From IMG/VR virus record IMGVR_UViG_3300045988_097913: a DNA stretch of 64,000 nt; one strand, written 5' to 3'. The notes under the pieces were generated by a model. The model had not been told where the DNA came from. It searched no databases and saw nothing but the letters and a program-made list of their open reading frames with translations. Within the stretch, counting starts at the first letter, position 1. Every line of letters begins with the position of its first letter. The position numbers and the translations under genes were made by a program. Source of the stretch: a virus. Positions 9,401-17,717 of the stretch are shown one piece after another.

Positions 9401-10930
9401 ATTGGGGACAAAAACTCGCTTCATTCTTTTAGAGATAATATTTTATGTTATATTGTTGGTAATAAATATAATGAACTTAATAATATTATTCTCTCAAATA
9501 ACACAGGCAGATATTTTGTGCCAGAATCTTGCAAGAAAGAATTTCTAAAGTATTGTCATGATAGAAACCTATCTATGAGGGATGTTTCTCTTGAAAAGTT
9601 TGGCAGAGAAATTAGAACGACAAATGGCTATCCACTCAATATTGATGATGCAAAAGAAATGTGCTCTGCTGTTTATATGCCAGAAACGTATACCATTGTG
9701 AATAGTGACTTTATTACACAAAGGGTTATTTCTGTTTGTGATGACGGCGAAGACGAAGTATATGACATTGGTGTAGAGAACACTCACAACTTTATTGCTG
9801 ACGGAGTAGTTTGCCACAATTGTGTGGCAAAAAAGCTAGGCACGAAAGACCAATTACCGATTATTCGCAAAGGCTTTGAAGAGAACGCAAAACTAAGATA
9901 CCATCTTTCGGATGCCAAAACAGACGAAATTATGGATGTCTTTCTAAATTGCATTCTTTATGCCACTCGTTATAGTTTTTCTTCCATCCACTCTTACAGT
10001 TACGCTTACATCTCTTATGAGTGCGCTTGGCTTCGTTATTATTATCCTCTTGAATTTCTGAGTTGTTGCTTAAATGAATGGCAAGGAAATTCAGAGCGTA
10101 CAATTGAAGCGACAACTTATGCAACAAAAAAGAAAATTAAAATTCTACCCCCTAAGTTTAGACACTCTAAAGCCGAATATTTTCCTGATAAAGAATCTCA
10201 TTCAATTTACAAAGGTATTGGTTCTGTAAAATTTATGAATCAGTCTTGCGCTGACGACCTGTATAGTCTACGAGACAACCATTACAATTCCTTTGTAGAC
10301 CTACTACGAGACATTTACGAAAAGACTTCTGTAAATGCTCGTCAATTAGATATTCTTATTAAGCTAGACTTCTTTGAGGAATTTGGTAACGCGAAAGAAC
10401 TTCTACGTCTTGTTAAGATGTATGATATGTTTGGCACAGCAAAGACTTTGAAAAAAGAAAAACTAGCTAACAGTGATGTCGTAAGAGCGATTGTAGAAAG
10501 GCATTCCATCGGCGTTACTAAAGCTGGTAAGGAATCTAAATCTTATACTCAACTGGATAATAGTGCTATTATGAATGAATGCGAAACTCTAATTATGTCA
10601 TTAGGCATCAAACCAATGACTATTAAGGAAAGGGCAGAAATTCAAAAAGAATACATGGGTTATGTCGATATTGCAACTGGAAAGCAAGAGGACAGACCAA
10701 AGCTATATATCCTTGACGTTAAAACGCTAAAGTCTAAAACGACAGGTAAGACATGGGCCAGACAAATCACAGCACAAAGTATTGGTAGCGGAAAGCAGTC
10801 CAATTACACAATTACTTCTAAAAACTATCATGAAGAATTTCAAGTTGGTGATGTAATCCTCTGTAAACATCTTGAAAAACAGAAAGATTATTGGCATATC
10901 ACTAATTACGAAGTTCTAGTAAACATCTAA
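6446..10930 (+). CDS. dnaE: DNA polymerase III alpha subunit (PHP domain), precursor containing an intein
   Basis: PHP motif YHCHTDISN...FSEHGN. Pol III alpha core is GPARGSAASSLALYIL and ADVDLDW. The likely start is TTG 6446 after AAAGGAG, because the track start at 6386 lies upstream of the promoter. Confidence 0.9.
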   Translation: MNNYTIYHCHTDISNLSGAGMDSVTKYQDYVARAKECGMNALCFSEHGNFFLWKKKKDAIEAAGMKYLHGIEIYVAEKLWWETEDNPTPHKVRDNYHCVLIAKNLAGLKELNKLSSIAFREEQRYYSPRITFEQLINTSDNIIITTACVGGILCKGNEDIKNRFIEFLAEHKDRCFLEIQHHNVEKQKEYNLYLYELSQKYGIPLIAGTDTHALNDAHAEARKVLQKSKKVQFNDDEAGWDLTFKTYDELVKAYQRQNCLPESVYLEAIQNTNVMADMVESITLDTSFKYPKVFPNSTELLRSKLFNETSIRYAMEDGFAREQVVDRLNEEMETFIAVDAVDYILLQEYIATWCHNHDIWCGPARGSAASSLALYILHVTEVNPMKHNFAFWRFMNKDKYSLADVDLDWGNEDRDKTKYWMLHDKMDFSNMQTTEIITFNTLGLRGAIRDFGRGLEISLDTVNEICNAICLVSEGENKKEVIDESWRKKYPKLFNYVDLAQGVCTSIGAHASGVVAASTDVDLEAEIGTCYLKGDEYLVSVLNMKELDSLNFVKEDVLGLTNISCINKSCKLANIPKLSAKTVDVNDDKVWESVRDDTSLIFEVNSPYGARTVSQMYSDKVWRKIKKSNPSITKFDLFAYISALIRPCGKEVYPKAVQGEGYVSGVKDIDDLLANEMGYPIMQESQMSFVQKFCGYTFLQSDKLRKCVSRGSKILMSDGSLKNIEDIEIGDTVCTFDNYACSSNKVISKYDNGKKCIVEVKCDSGFKIKCTADHRILTQRGYVEAKDLTTKDFVFTPKTIKKYNDGIKSNKKPSNDTLWMLGALIGDGTIYSKEHIALTNSDIEIIEKFKASVAQVGVKGNPEFSIFVANGKTVDKVYQCKIKSRNFKDSVWNLIIKFGLNHKAAEKEIPVQIQHYSATEKLAYFLAGMFNTDGGYNLGRGTIEYYSISKNLVYQLQAQLLKFGIYSQVGIKKVSGYNYNSYILAIGDKNSLHSFRDNILCYIVGNKYNELNNIILSNNTGRYFVPESCKKEFLKYCHDRNLSMRDVSLEKFGREIRTTNGYPLNIDDAKEMCSAVYMPETYTIVNSDFITQRVISVCDDGEDEVYDIGVENTHNFIADGVVCHNCVAKKLGTKDQLPIIRKGFEENAKLRYHLSDAKTDEIMDVFLNCILYATRYSFSSIHSYSYAYISYECAWLRYYYPLEFLSCCLNEWQGNSERTIEATTYATKKKIKILPPKFRHSKAEYFPDKESHSIYKGIGSVKFMNQSCADDLYSLRDNHYNSFVDLLRDIYEKTSVNARQLDILIKLDFFEEFGNAKELLRLVKMYDMFGTAKTLKKEKLANSDVVRAIVERHSIGVTKAGKESKSYTQLDNSAIMNECETLIMSLGIKPMTIKERAEIQKEYMGYVDIATGKQEDRPKLYILDVKTLKSKTTGKTWARQITAQSIGSGKQSNYTITSKNYHEEFQVGDVILCKHLEKQKDYWHITNYEVLVNI
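8564..9820 (+). mobile_element. intein (419 aa) with LAGLIDADG homing endonuclease domain
   Basis: Starts at Cys (LRK|CVSRGSKILMSDG) with block B TADH. LAGLIDADG motifs are LWMLGALIGDGTIY and LAYFLAGMFNTDGGY. Block F/G is VYDIGVENTHNFIADGVVCHN|C with a +1 Cys. The exteins rejoin as SDKLRK-CVAKKLG. Confidence 0.9.
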
Positions 10931-10940
10931 AATTGTTTTA

Positions 10941-10971
10941 GGGCAGGGTATTGACAAACCCTGCCCTTTTT
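10941..10971 (+). terminator. intrinsic terminator
   Basis: GGGCAGGGT-ATTGACAA-ACCCTGCCC followed by TTTTT. Confidence 0.8.
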
Positions 10972-10979
10972 GCTATAAT
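10951..10979 (+). promoter_or_regulatory. sigma-70-type promoter, -35 in terminator loop, extended -10
   Basis: TTGACA (10951-10956), 17-nt spacer, TGC-TATAAT (10971-10979). Confidence 0.6.
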
Positions 10980-11004
10980 ACTTATAGAAAGTGAGGGATT
11001 ATAA

Positions 11005-11610
11005 ATGAATGTAAAATATTATATTCTTAATGGCGTTTCTACTGCTGGTAAAGATACTTTCGCTAGTTATTGTAAAGGATATGAAGATTATCTTATTCAT
11101 GTAACGCAGTTTTCTAGTGTGGATTGGATTAAGATGAAAGCAAAGCAACTTGGATGGGATGGGAATAAGGACGAAAAAGGTCGTAATCTTCTTAGCGGTA
11201 TGAAGCATCTTCTTACCGAATACAATGATGTTCCTTTTAAGAAGACCGTAGAAAATATTAGATTCTGGACTTCGATGGACGAAGATAAGACGAGTAGTTT
11301 TTTTGATGATTGTGAATGGCTTCTTGTGTTTATTGATGTTCGTGAACCAGAAGAAATTGACAAGTATAAGAAAGAGTTCCATGCAAAGACGGTTCTAATT
11401 CGTAATCCAGAAGCAGAAGCAAAAGCATCCAACGAGAGCGACATGGACGTTCTAAATTATAATTATGATTATATTATTTGGAATCGCCATGATAAAAAAG
11501 TTCTCATGGATAATGCTGATAGGTTTATTAGGTATGAATGTTTTAATGATGGAACTTATAAATATCCAATTGAAATTGACAATGGTGTGACTATTAAGTT
11601 AGGTGAATAA
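11005..11610 (+). CDS. P-loop kinase, deoxynucleoside monophosphate kinase-like
   Basis: N-terminal Walker A NGVSTAGKDT, with size and layout like phage dNMP kinases. Confidence 0.5.
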   Translation: MNVKYYILNGVSTAGKDTFASYCKGYEDYLIHVTQFSSVDWIKMKAKQLGWDGNKDEKGRNLLSGMKHLLTEYNDVPFKKTVENIRFWTSMDEDKTSSFFDDCEWLLVFIDVREPEEIDKYKKEFHAKTVLIRNPEAEAKASNESDMDVLNYNYDYIIWNRHDKKVLMDNADRFIRYECFNDGTYKYPIEIDNGVTIKLGE

Positions 11611-11611
11611 T

Positions 11612-11860
11612 ATGAAATTTAGGATTAAGTCTGTTGGTTGTTGGAATAAACCGCTCGAAGAAACATACCCTGTTCTTAACTTTTATAAGTTTGAACAGAA
11701 GACCCGTAGTGGTTATTGCTGGACTGAATATTTTGGTGAAATTGAACTTGATATACTAGGAGATTTGGTTATGCTAGAGCATAATCTTAATAAGCAGATT
11801 GTTCTTAGTAAAAACGAGTCAATCCCGGTTATTACGATTTATGATGATTATTTGGAGTAA
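11612..11860 (+). CDS. hypothetical protein
   Basis: ATG 11612 lies 5 nt after AGGTGA. The track start at 11603 (GTG) overlaps the RBS. Confidence 0.5.
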   Translation: MKFRIKSVGCWNKPLEETYPVLNFYKFEQKTRSGYCWTEYFGEIELDILGDLVMLEHNLNKQIVLSKNESIPVITIYDDYLE

Positions 11861-11865
11861 TAAAA

Positions 11866-12060
11866 ATGAATTTTGATGGAGGTAAATTTATGAAACCGAC
11901 CCAAAAACAACTTGACTTTATTGCTGATATTCAAGAGTTTGTGGGTAAGCCGTTTACAGGAACAACAAAAGAAGATGCAACAAAATATATCTCTGAAAAT
12001 ATCGAAATGTTTAAGTTGTTATCAATGGATAACTGGGCGTTAGAAAACGGCTATTTTTAA
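11866..12060 (+). CDS. hypothetical protein
   Basis: 64-aa ORF. An alternative start is ATG 11890 after GGAGG. Confidence 0.5.
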   Translation: MNFDGGKFMKPTQKQLDFIADIQEFVGKPFTGTTKEDATKYISENIEMFKLLSMDNWALENGYF

Positions 12061-12071
12061 CAGGAGGATAT

Positions 12072-12293
12072 ATGTGGGTTTATGTATTTGATGAACCTAT
12101 TCCAGAATATTTCAAAAACGGGAGACCGTATCTTTTGAGTTTATATTTTCATAAACGTTATGGGTATGAGATTAAGAGAGAAACGGATTCTGCCATTGTA
12201 TCTTGGGATAATTCATGCGGTTGTTTTCGCGAGTATACAACAAAGCTGGAAATTGATTCGAGAGATATCTCAGGATGGTGGAAAGACATTTAA
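12072..12293 (+). CDS. hypothetical protein
   Basis: 73-aa ORF after AGGAGGA. Confidence 0.5.
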   Translation: MWVYVFDEPIPEYFKNGRPYLLSLYFHKRYGYEIKRETDSAIVSWDNSCGCFREYTTKLEIDSRDISGWWKDI

Positions 12294-12295
12294 TT

Positions 12296-12565
12296 ATGAT
12301 TAATTTTATTTGGCAATTTATTAAAATTGGAATTGGCATTCTTCTAGTTCTTGGTTTGAGTTATATTCTTCGTATTTTGATTTTGATTTATAAAGCGTCA
12401 AAGAAAGCTCAAAAGAAACAGCCGTCAAATTTGCCGCTTTGTGACACTTGTGAGCACCTAAAATACAAAGATAGTAATGCAATGTTGACTTATAATTGCA
12501 ATTATAGAGCCAGTAAATTTAATAGCCCGCCAGAAATTTGTAATGATTATAAAAGGAAGCGGTGA
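12296..12565 (+). CDS. membrane protein with C-terminal Cys motifs
   Basis: N-terminal hydrophobic helix IWQFIKIGIGILLVLGLSYILRILILIY, then CDTCEH...C. Confidence 0.5.
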   Translation: MINFIWQFIKIGIGILLVLGLSYILRILILIYKASKKAQKKQPSNLPLCDTCEHLKYKDSNAMLTYNCNYRASKFNSPPEICNDYKRKR

Positions 12566-12569
12566 TTAA

Positions 12570-13022
12570 ATGAAGGAATATCAATCTGTTTTAGATACGC
12601 CAGAGTATAAACTTACCAAAATTGCAATTCATGCGGCAAGAGTATACTATGACAAAGAGACATTTGACCATGCCAAGCGTGTAGCTGATTATACTTCTGA
12701 CAACGAGGCAATTCCTATCGACATTCGTAATGAATGCTGGTGTGTTGCCCTGATGCACGACTTGTTAGAAGATACAGATTATGAGCCATACGAGTTATAT
12801 CCTGATTATGAATGTGCTTATAAAGCTCTAAGGCTTCTTACAAATAAAGGCGAAAAGTACGAAGATTATTGTGAACGTATTCATAACAGTACCAGAACAC
12901 GTTATGGACAAGTTGCGTGGTTTGTTAAATTAGCAGACATTAAAGACCATTTAATTCTGAAAGATACATTAACTGATAAGCTAAAAGAAAAATATATAAG
13001 TGGATTGAGGTATTTGCTATGA
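12570..13022 (+). CDS. HD-domain phosphohydrolase, SpoT/RelA-hydrolase-like
   Basis: H...HD...ED signature: FDHAKRVADYT and VALMHDLLEDT. Confidence 0.7.
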   Translation: MKEYQSVLDTPEYKLTKIAIHAARVYYDKETFDHAKRVADYTSDNEAIPIDIRNECWCVALMHDLLEDTDYEPYELYPDYECAYKALRLLTNKGEKYEDYCERIHNSTRTRYGQVAWFVKLADIKDHLILKDTLTDKLKEKYISGLRYLL

Positions 13023-13285
13023 TTAAACAAGAGGTCGTTTGGTACTCTGTGAAAGAAGATGGATATCCAAAAGGGTCTGTTAATGGAGGGCTTGCATTTA
13101 TAGTAAAAGATAAACAAAGTATGTACTATCATTTGAAACAAGGGACTTATAACATCCGTACAGGGAACTGGTCTGAGTTTGTAACTAGTTTATATAGCAA
13201 GAATATTGATAAAAATGTATATGAGGTACTATATTACACACCCGATTTGAATTATATTAACAGTTATTATTTTTTCAAGCAATAG
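13019..13285 (+). CDS. hypothetical protein
   Basis: 88-aa ORF with ATGA start/stop overlap with the HD gene. Confidence 0.5.
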   Translation: MIKQEVVWYSVKEDGYPKGSVNGGLAFIVKDKQSMYYHLKQGTYNIRTGNWSEFVTSLYSKNIDKNVYEVLYYTPDLNYINSYYFFKQ

Positions 13286-13352
13286 TCAAACAAACGCGAA
13301 TCTAATATTTAGAGGATAAAAGATTTCTTTCATTATCAAATGAGGTGAGACT

Positions 13353-13547
13353 ATGGCTTATGCAATAGATATAAAATTGCCGAATAATCGTTATTTTACA
13401 GAACCTTGCGTTAATTGTGGTAAATACATTCGTTATTATAAGGATGACACAGATATAAAAATAAATGAAAACGGCTGCAAATATGTTAATTGTCCTAATT
13501 GCGGGCGCCCTATTATGATTACGTTTGGAGATATAATGCTACTATGA
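13353..13547 (+). CDS. zinc-ribbon protein
   Basis: CVNCG...CPNCG pairs. RBS is GAGGTGAG. Confidence 0.55.
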   Translation: MAYAIDIKLPNNRYFTEPCVNCGKYIRYYKDDTDIKINENGCKYVNCPNCGRPIMITFGDIMLL

Positions 13548-13924
13548 CAGAACTAGAATCAAAACTTTTAATGGCAGATGCCGTTGTAGATATTATAAAA
13601 ACCTGTGAATCAAAGCAAAAAGAATTTTGGATAGAAATGCGTCGTATGCTTCTATATGCTTCCGCAGAAGAGTTTAACAAGTATTGCATGAAAATCTCGG
13701 AAGAGGATGATTTTTTTGAGAAAATGGCAAAGTTATTAATTCAAACAAATTTTGTTAAAATGATTAACGAAATTGGAAGCAGGGGTGATTTGGCAGAACT
13801 TGAAAACGATGGTATATTCGAAAGTCCTATAAAGAAAGAAAATTCTGACTTATGTCAAATTACCCACTTGACAGAGAGTAAGATTAAGAAGTATAATATT
13901 AATGGGAACAAGAATTTAGGATAG
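13544..13924 (+). CDS. hypothetical protein
   Basis: ATG 13544 overlaps the upstream stop (ATGA). Protein is helical and acidic. Confidence 0.5.
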   Translation: MTELESKLLMADAVVDIIKTCESKQKEFWIEMRRMLLYASAEEFNKYCMKISEEDDFFEKMAKLLIQTNFVKMINEIGSRGDLAELENDGIFESPIKKENSDLCQITHLTESKIKKYNINGNKNLG

Positions 13925-14051
13925 ACAAAATTATTGCCCAAGGTAAGAATTATAAAATTACTCAAAAATATTCAGAATACACAAATGATAACGACATAGC
14001 AATAGTTTATCCAAGTATTGTTAGAAATATTCCAAATAAAGACGAAGGAGA

Positions 14052-14333
14052 ATGATTATGTTTAAGAGTACCGATAAGAAGCTAGAAGAAATCGGCTTTA
14101 AGAAAGTAAGGGAAGACAAGTGGGCGGTCGTATATGAGCACTATAATGACATTTATAAATATATGCAAGTCTTAACTGTTGTTCATAAGGCAGATGGAAA
14201 CAATATTATTCTATCCTATGATAAGGATACATTTGATAAGCATTTTAAGGGTAATATTTGTGTTGGATTAACTGGATACGAAACTAAGCTAATCCTAAAG
14301 AAAATGAAACAACTTGGTTGGTATAGCAAGTAA
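14052..14333 (+). CDS. hypothetical protein
   Basis: 93-aa ORF after GAAGGAGA. Confidence 0.55.
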   Translation: MIMFKSTDKKLEEIGFKKVREDKWAVVYEHYNDIYKYMQVLTVVHKADGNNIILSYDKDTFDKHFKGNICVGLTGYETKLILKKMKQLGWYSK

Positions 14334-14344
14334 GGAGAGCAACT

Positions 14345-14530
14345 ATGTATAATATTCCACAAGAAATGATTGATGAATTTAACGAGAAAATGAAATATAT
14401 CTCAGAAAATCAATGGCGTATAGAAGAGTGTCATATTGAGATGGATACTGAAATGTGTCATATTCTTAAAAAGCTTGGGTTTGGAAAAGGTGTTGAAATT
14501 TTTGAAGATACCGAAAAATGGTACTCATAA
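14345..14530 (+). CDS. hypothetical protein
   Basis: 61-aa ORF after AAGGAGAG. Confidence 0.5.
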   Translation: MYNIPQEMIDEFNEKMKYISENQWRIEECHIEMDTEMCHILKKLGFGKGVEIFEDTEKWYS

Positions 14531-14553
14531 AATTTTGTTTTTAGGAGTGTTTA

Positions 14554-15153
14554 ATGGCTTATTCACCAGTTGGTAAATCCAAAAATAAGAAATTAGACAA
14601 TGAATCTCTCTTAGAGAATATAAGAAACGGTATTGACAAAGAGTATCGTAAAGCTACTCAGTCTGGCGATTGGAATAATTATAGTTTTGTTTATGAAGCA
14701 TATTATAATTATAGATTAAACGGTGGCAATAGTTATTACATTAAAGCTATTGTAGAAAAATACAAAAATCAATATGAAAGACAACAAAACCAGAAAAATA
14801 TCGAGACAGCACAACATGATGCTTTGCTTAATATAATTAGCGTTGCGTTAGATGGTATAAAAGATACGATAGCTGTTTCAGGTGGTTATGGTAATAAGAC
14901 ACTTGCGGAATTTGGCGGACAAGTAGATGACACCTGTTTGCTCCCAATAGCAGAGGTAGTTAAAGGGACAGAGTTAAACTATCATAATACTACAGAAACA
15001 AAGCATAAAACTTTTGAAGAAATGTCTTATGAAGAAAAAATTAAATCTGTAAATAAAGAAATTGATGATTTGCTTAACTTTATTGAGAGCTATAAGCAAG
15101 CCAGATATAATACATGGAAGGACGAATTTTACAATGGAACTAGATTGCGTTAA
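14554..15153 (+). CDS. hypothetical protein
   Basis: 199-aa ORF after TAGGAGTG. Confidence 0.55.
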   Translation: MAYSPVGKSKNKKLDNESLLENIRNGIDKEYRKATQSGDWNNYSFVYEAYYNYRLNGGNSYYIKAIVEKYKNQYERQQNQKNIETAQHDALLNIISVALDGIKDTIAVSGGYGNKTLAEFGGQVDDTCLLPIAEVVKGTELNYHNTTETKHKTFEEMSYEEKIKSVNKEIDDLLNFIESYKQARYNTWKDEFYNGTRLR

Positions 15154-15904
15154 ATGTGGTAATTGTGTCGAGCTTATGCAAAACCTTCCGCCTGAATGTA
15201 TTGATTTGGTCGTAACATCACCACCGTATGACAATCTAAGAAATTACAAAGGATATAGTTTTGACTTTGAGAATGTAGCAAAAGAACTTTACCGTGTAAT
15301 GAAAAAAGGTGGTGTTGTAGTTTGGGTCGTTAATGACGCCACAATTAACGGAAGTGAAACTGGAACATCATTTAGGCAAGCATTATATTTTAAAGATATT
15401 GGTTTTAATCTGCACGATACAATGATTTATAAAAAGACAAATCCAACCCCACAAAAATCAAACAGATACCAACCATGTTTTGAGTATATGTTTGTATTTT
15501 CAAAAGGAAAGCCTAAAACTTTCAATCCTATTATGACAGAAAAGAAATATTTAGAAAATCGCAAAGAAAAACAATATAACAAATCTGTATCTGGCGAGCA
15601 AATCAAACATGAATATAAATCTTCTTCAAACATGAAAGTTATCTCTAATATTTGGGAGTATTCTGTTGGTTTGTATAATTCTACTAGTGATAAAGAGGCG
15701 TTTGAACATCCAGCTGTTTTTCCTGAGAAATTAGCAGAAGACCATATTATCACTTGGACAAAAGAAAATGATGTTGTGCTAGACCCATTCTGCGGGAGTG
15801 GTACAACAGTAAAGATGGCAAAGATAAACCATAGACATTATATTGGTTTTGATATTTCTCAGGAATATTGTGATATTACGAACCTACGTCTGAGTAAGGT
15901 TTGA
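15134..15904 (+). CDS. DNA methyltransferase (N6-adenine/N4-cytosine, beta class)
   Basis: Motif IV is DLVVTSPPYDN and motif I is LDPFCGSGTT at the C-terminus. The likely start is ATG 15134 (MELDCVKCGN). Confidence 0.85.
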   Translation: MELDCVKCGNCVELMQNLPPECIDLVVTSPPYDNLRNYKGYSFDFENVAKELYRVMKKGGVVVWVVNDATINGSETGTSFRQALYFKDIGFNLHDTMIYKKTNPTPQKSNRYQPCFEYMFVFSKGKPKTFNPIMTEKKYLENRKEKQYNKSVSGEQIKHEYKSSSNMKVISNIWEYSVGLYNSTSDKEAFEHPAVFPEKLAEDHIITWTKENDVVLDPFCGSGTTVKMAKINHRHYIGFDISQEYCDITNLRLSKV

Positions 15905-15934
15905 TATTTTGTTTATTTTGAAAGGAGTTTTATA

Positions 15935-16474
15935 ATGCAAAATATTGAAGAGCTTAATGAGATTTACAGAAAACTACAAAAGGCTTGTGCAGATAATATT
16001 AAGTTTGCTTGTAAAGATGATTCTGTTAAATTTCCTACTAAGCGTGATGAAGATGGATGTTATGATATCTATGCACATATCACAGAGGACTTTATGATTC
16101 CGTCTCACGCTAACGAACTTGTCCCTACCGGTTTGTATAGTGTATTTGATAAAAAGTATCGTATCGCTATTCGTGAGCGTGGTTCTAACACAAAAGCAAA
16201 TATGATTGTAATGGCTGGTCAGATTGACTCTGGATATCGTGGTGAATGGTTTGTATCAATCTATAATGGTAATGACAAAGATATTATTCTGTCAAATGAT
16301 GTTGATAGAGTCTTTGACAACGGTAATGTTATTTATGTTCCTACATCAAAAGCTATTGCCCAATTTGCTGTTGAATACGTTCCAGTTATAAATCTTTCTG
16401 AAATTAGTGTGGAAGAACTACAAGAGATTGATTCTGAACGTGGAATTGGTGCTCTTGGTAGTAGTAATAAGTGA
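15935..16474 (+). CDS. dut: dUTP diphosphatase
   Basis: Trimeric dUTPase motifs are present: AGQIDSGYRGE, ERGIGALGSS. Confidence 0.85.
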   Translation: MQNIEELNEIYRKLQKACADNIKFACKDDSVKFPTKRDEDGCYDIYAHITEDFMIPSHANELVPTGLYSVFDKKYRIAIRERGSNTKANMIVMAGQIDSGYRGEWFVSIYNGNDKDIILSNDVDRVFDNGNVIYVPTSKAIAQFAVEYVPVINLSEISVEELQEIDSERGIGALGSSNK

Positions 16475-16481
16475 GGTAATT

Positions 16482-17018
16482 ATGTATAAAACTCGTATTG
16501 AAAAACTTCATAAGAATGGTGTTATCACAGATGAAGAATATGATAGTCTGGTAGATATCGGTTTTGATGATAATGGTAAGTTAAAGCCGGGTGTTTATAA
16601 GGGAAATATAGATACTCGTTATTGTCTTGGATTTGAACCGGGCAAAGAAAATCTTATCGAAGCTGTAAAAAATTCAGAACCTTGGCTTGGAGCAGAGAGT
16701 GATTACCCAGAACTATTTGGTACATACGGCATGGGCGTTTATGGCATTTGTGACTATTGGCACTGGTGGACTCTGGATAATTTAACCGAAGGAGCCATTA
16801 AGCATGGAAAGAAGCCATTGGAATCTGCAACAGAATTAGAACTTTGGAAGATGCTGGCGTTATCAAATTTATATTGGCACACAAGCTATTCTGAATGGCA
16901 TGACGAGGCAGAAAAACGTGCGCACGATTGGGAAATGTGCTATCATAAAGCAAACGGGGATTTTGATGGGTTTGATTTAAGCAAAGAAGTCCTTGACAAA
17001 ATCAAAGAACCGTGCTAA
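16482..17018 (+). CDS. hypothetical protein
   Basis: ATG 16482 follows GTGAGG. The track start at 16407 overlaps dut. Confidence 0.5.
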   Translation: MYKTRIEKLHKNGVITDEEYDSLVDIGFDDNGKLKPGVYKGNIDTRYCLGFEPGKENLIEAVKNSEPWLGAESDYPELFGTYGMGVYGICDYWHWWTLDNLTEGAIKHGKKPLESATELELWKMLALSNLYWHTSYSEWHDEAEKRAHDWEMCYHKANGDFDGFDLSKEVLDKIKEPC

Positions 17019-17038
17019 AATATTAATAAAGGAGGTCG

Positions 17039-17329
17039 ATGCAAATGTTCGACAAAGATATTAAAGATACTAGGCTAAAAACCACAGGTGTTCTAACCCT
17101 TCTTAACACACAGTTTTATCTTACTCAAATGGATTTATCTAATCTTGAGCAACTAATTCTTGTTTTAAATTCATTAAAGCGTGAAGCGGATGCGCTCTCT
17201 AATGATGGTAAAGGGGGTTCTCGTGTTATCATTTCTGGTTTTTATCTGAATGATTGGATTGATGATGCAATGACTATTTACAACGGCGCTCTTGAGTTAA
17301 TTGATGTCGTTTCTAAGGAGAAAAAGTGA
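17039..17329 (+). CDS. hypothetical protein
   Basis: 96-aa ORF after AAGGAGG. Confidence 0.55.
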   Translation: MQMFDKDIKDTRLKTTGVLTLLNTQFYLTQMDLSNLEQLILVLNSLKREADALSNDGKGGSRVIISGFYLNDWIDDAMTIYNGALELIDVVSKEKK

Positions 17330-17655
17330 TGCCAAAGATGAATGTATTTATTAGTCAACCTATGAATGGTCGTTCAACAGAAGAAATCGAGTGTGAACGT
17401 GAAGAGTTTGTTAAGGATTTAAAGAAGCATCTCGGTGAGGATATCAATATTCTTGATACAATTTTTAATTTTGTAGAAGATGTGCCATCTCTTGTTTATC
17501 TGGGTCGTTCTATTGAAGTTCTTGCAAAAGCAGACCTAGCTGTGTTTATGAATGGATGGGAAAACGCTCGCGGCTGTCGTATCGAGCATCAAGCGGCAAA
17601 AGATTACGGTATTCCTACGCTTGAGCTAAATGGCTTCTGGTATCCTTGTACCTAA
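17326..17655 (+). CDS. DUF4406 / nucleoside 2-deoxyribosyltransferase-like protein
   Basis: VFISQPMNG...ADLAVFMNGWENARGCRIEH pattern resembles the DUF4406 family. The assignment is tentative. Confidence 0.4.
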   Translation: MMPKMNVFISQPMNGRSTEEIECEREEFVKDLKKHLGEDINILDTIFNFVEDVPSLVYLGRSIEVLAKADLAVFMNGWENARGCRIEHQAAKDYGIPTLELNGFWYPCT

Positions 17656-17676
17656 AAGTTTAAAACGCAAAAGAAA

Positions 17677-17706
17677 AGAGAGACGTATCGAAAGATACGT
17701 CTCTCT
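17677..17706. terminator. bidirectional intrinsic terminator between convergent arms
   Basis: 13-bp stem AGAGAGACGTATC/GATACGTCTCTCT with a GAAA loop. An A-run lies upstream and T residues downstream. Confidence 0.8.
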
Positions 17707-17717
17707 TAATATATTGG

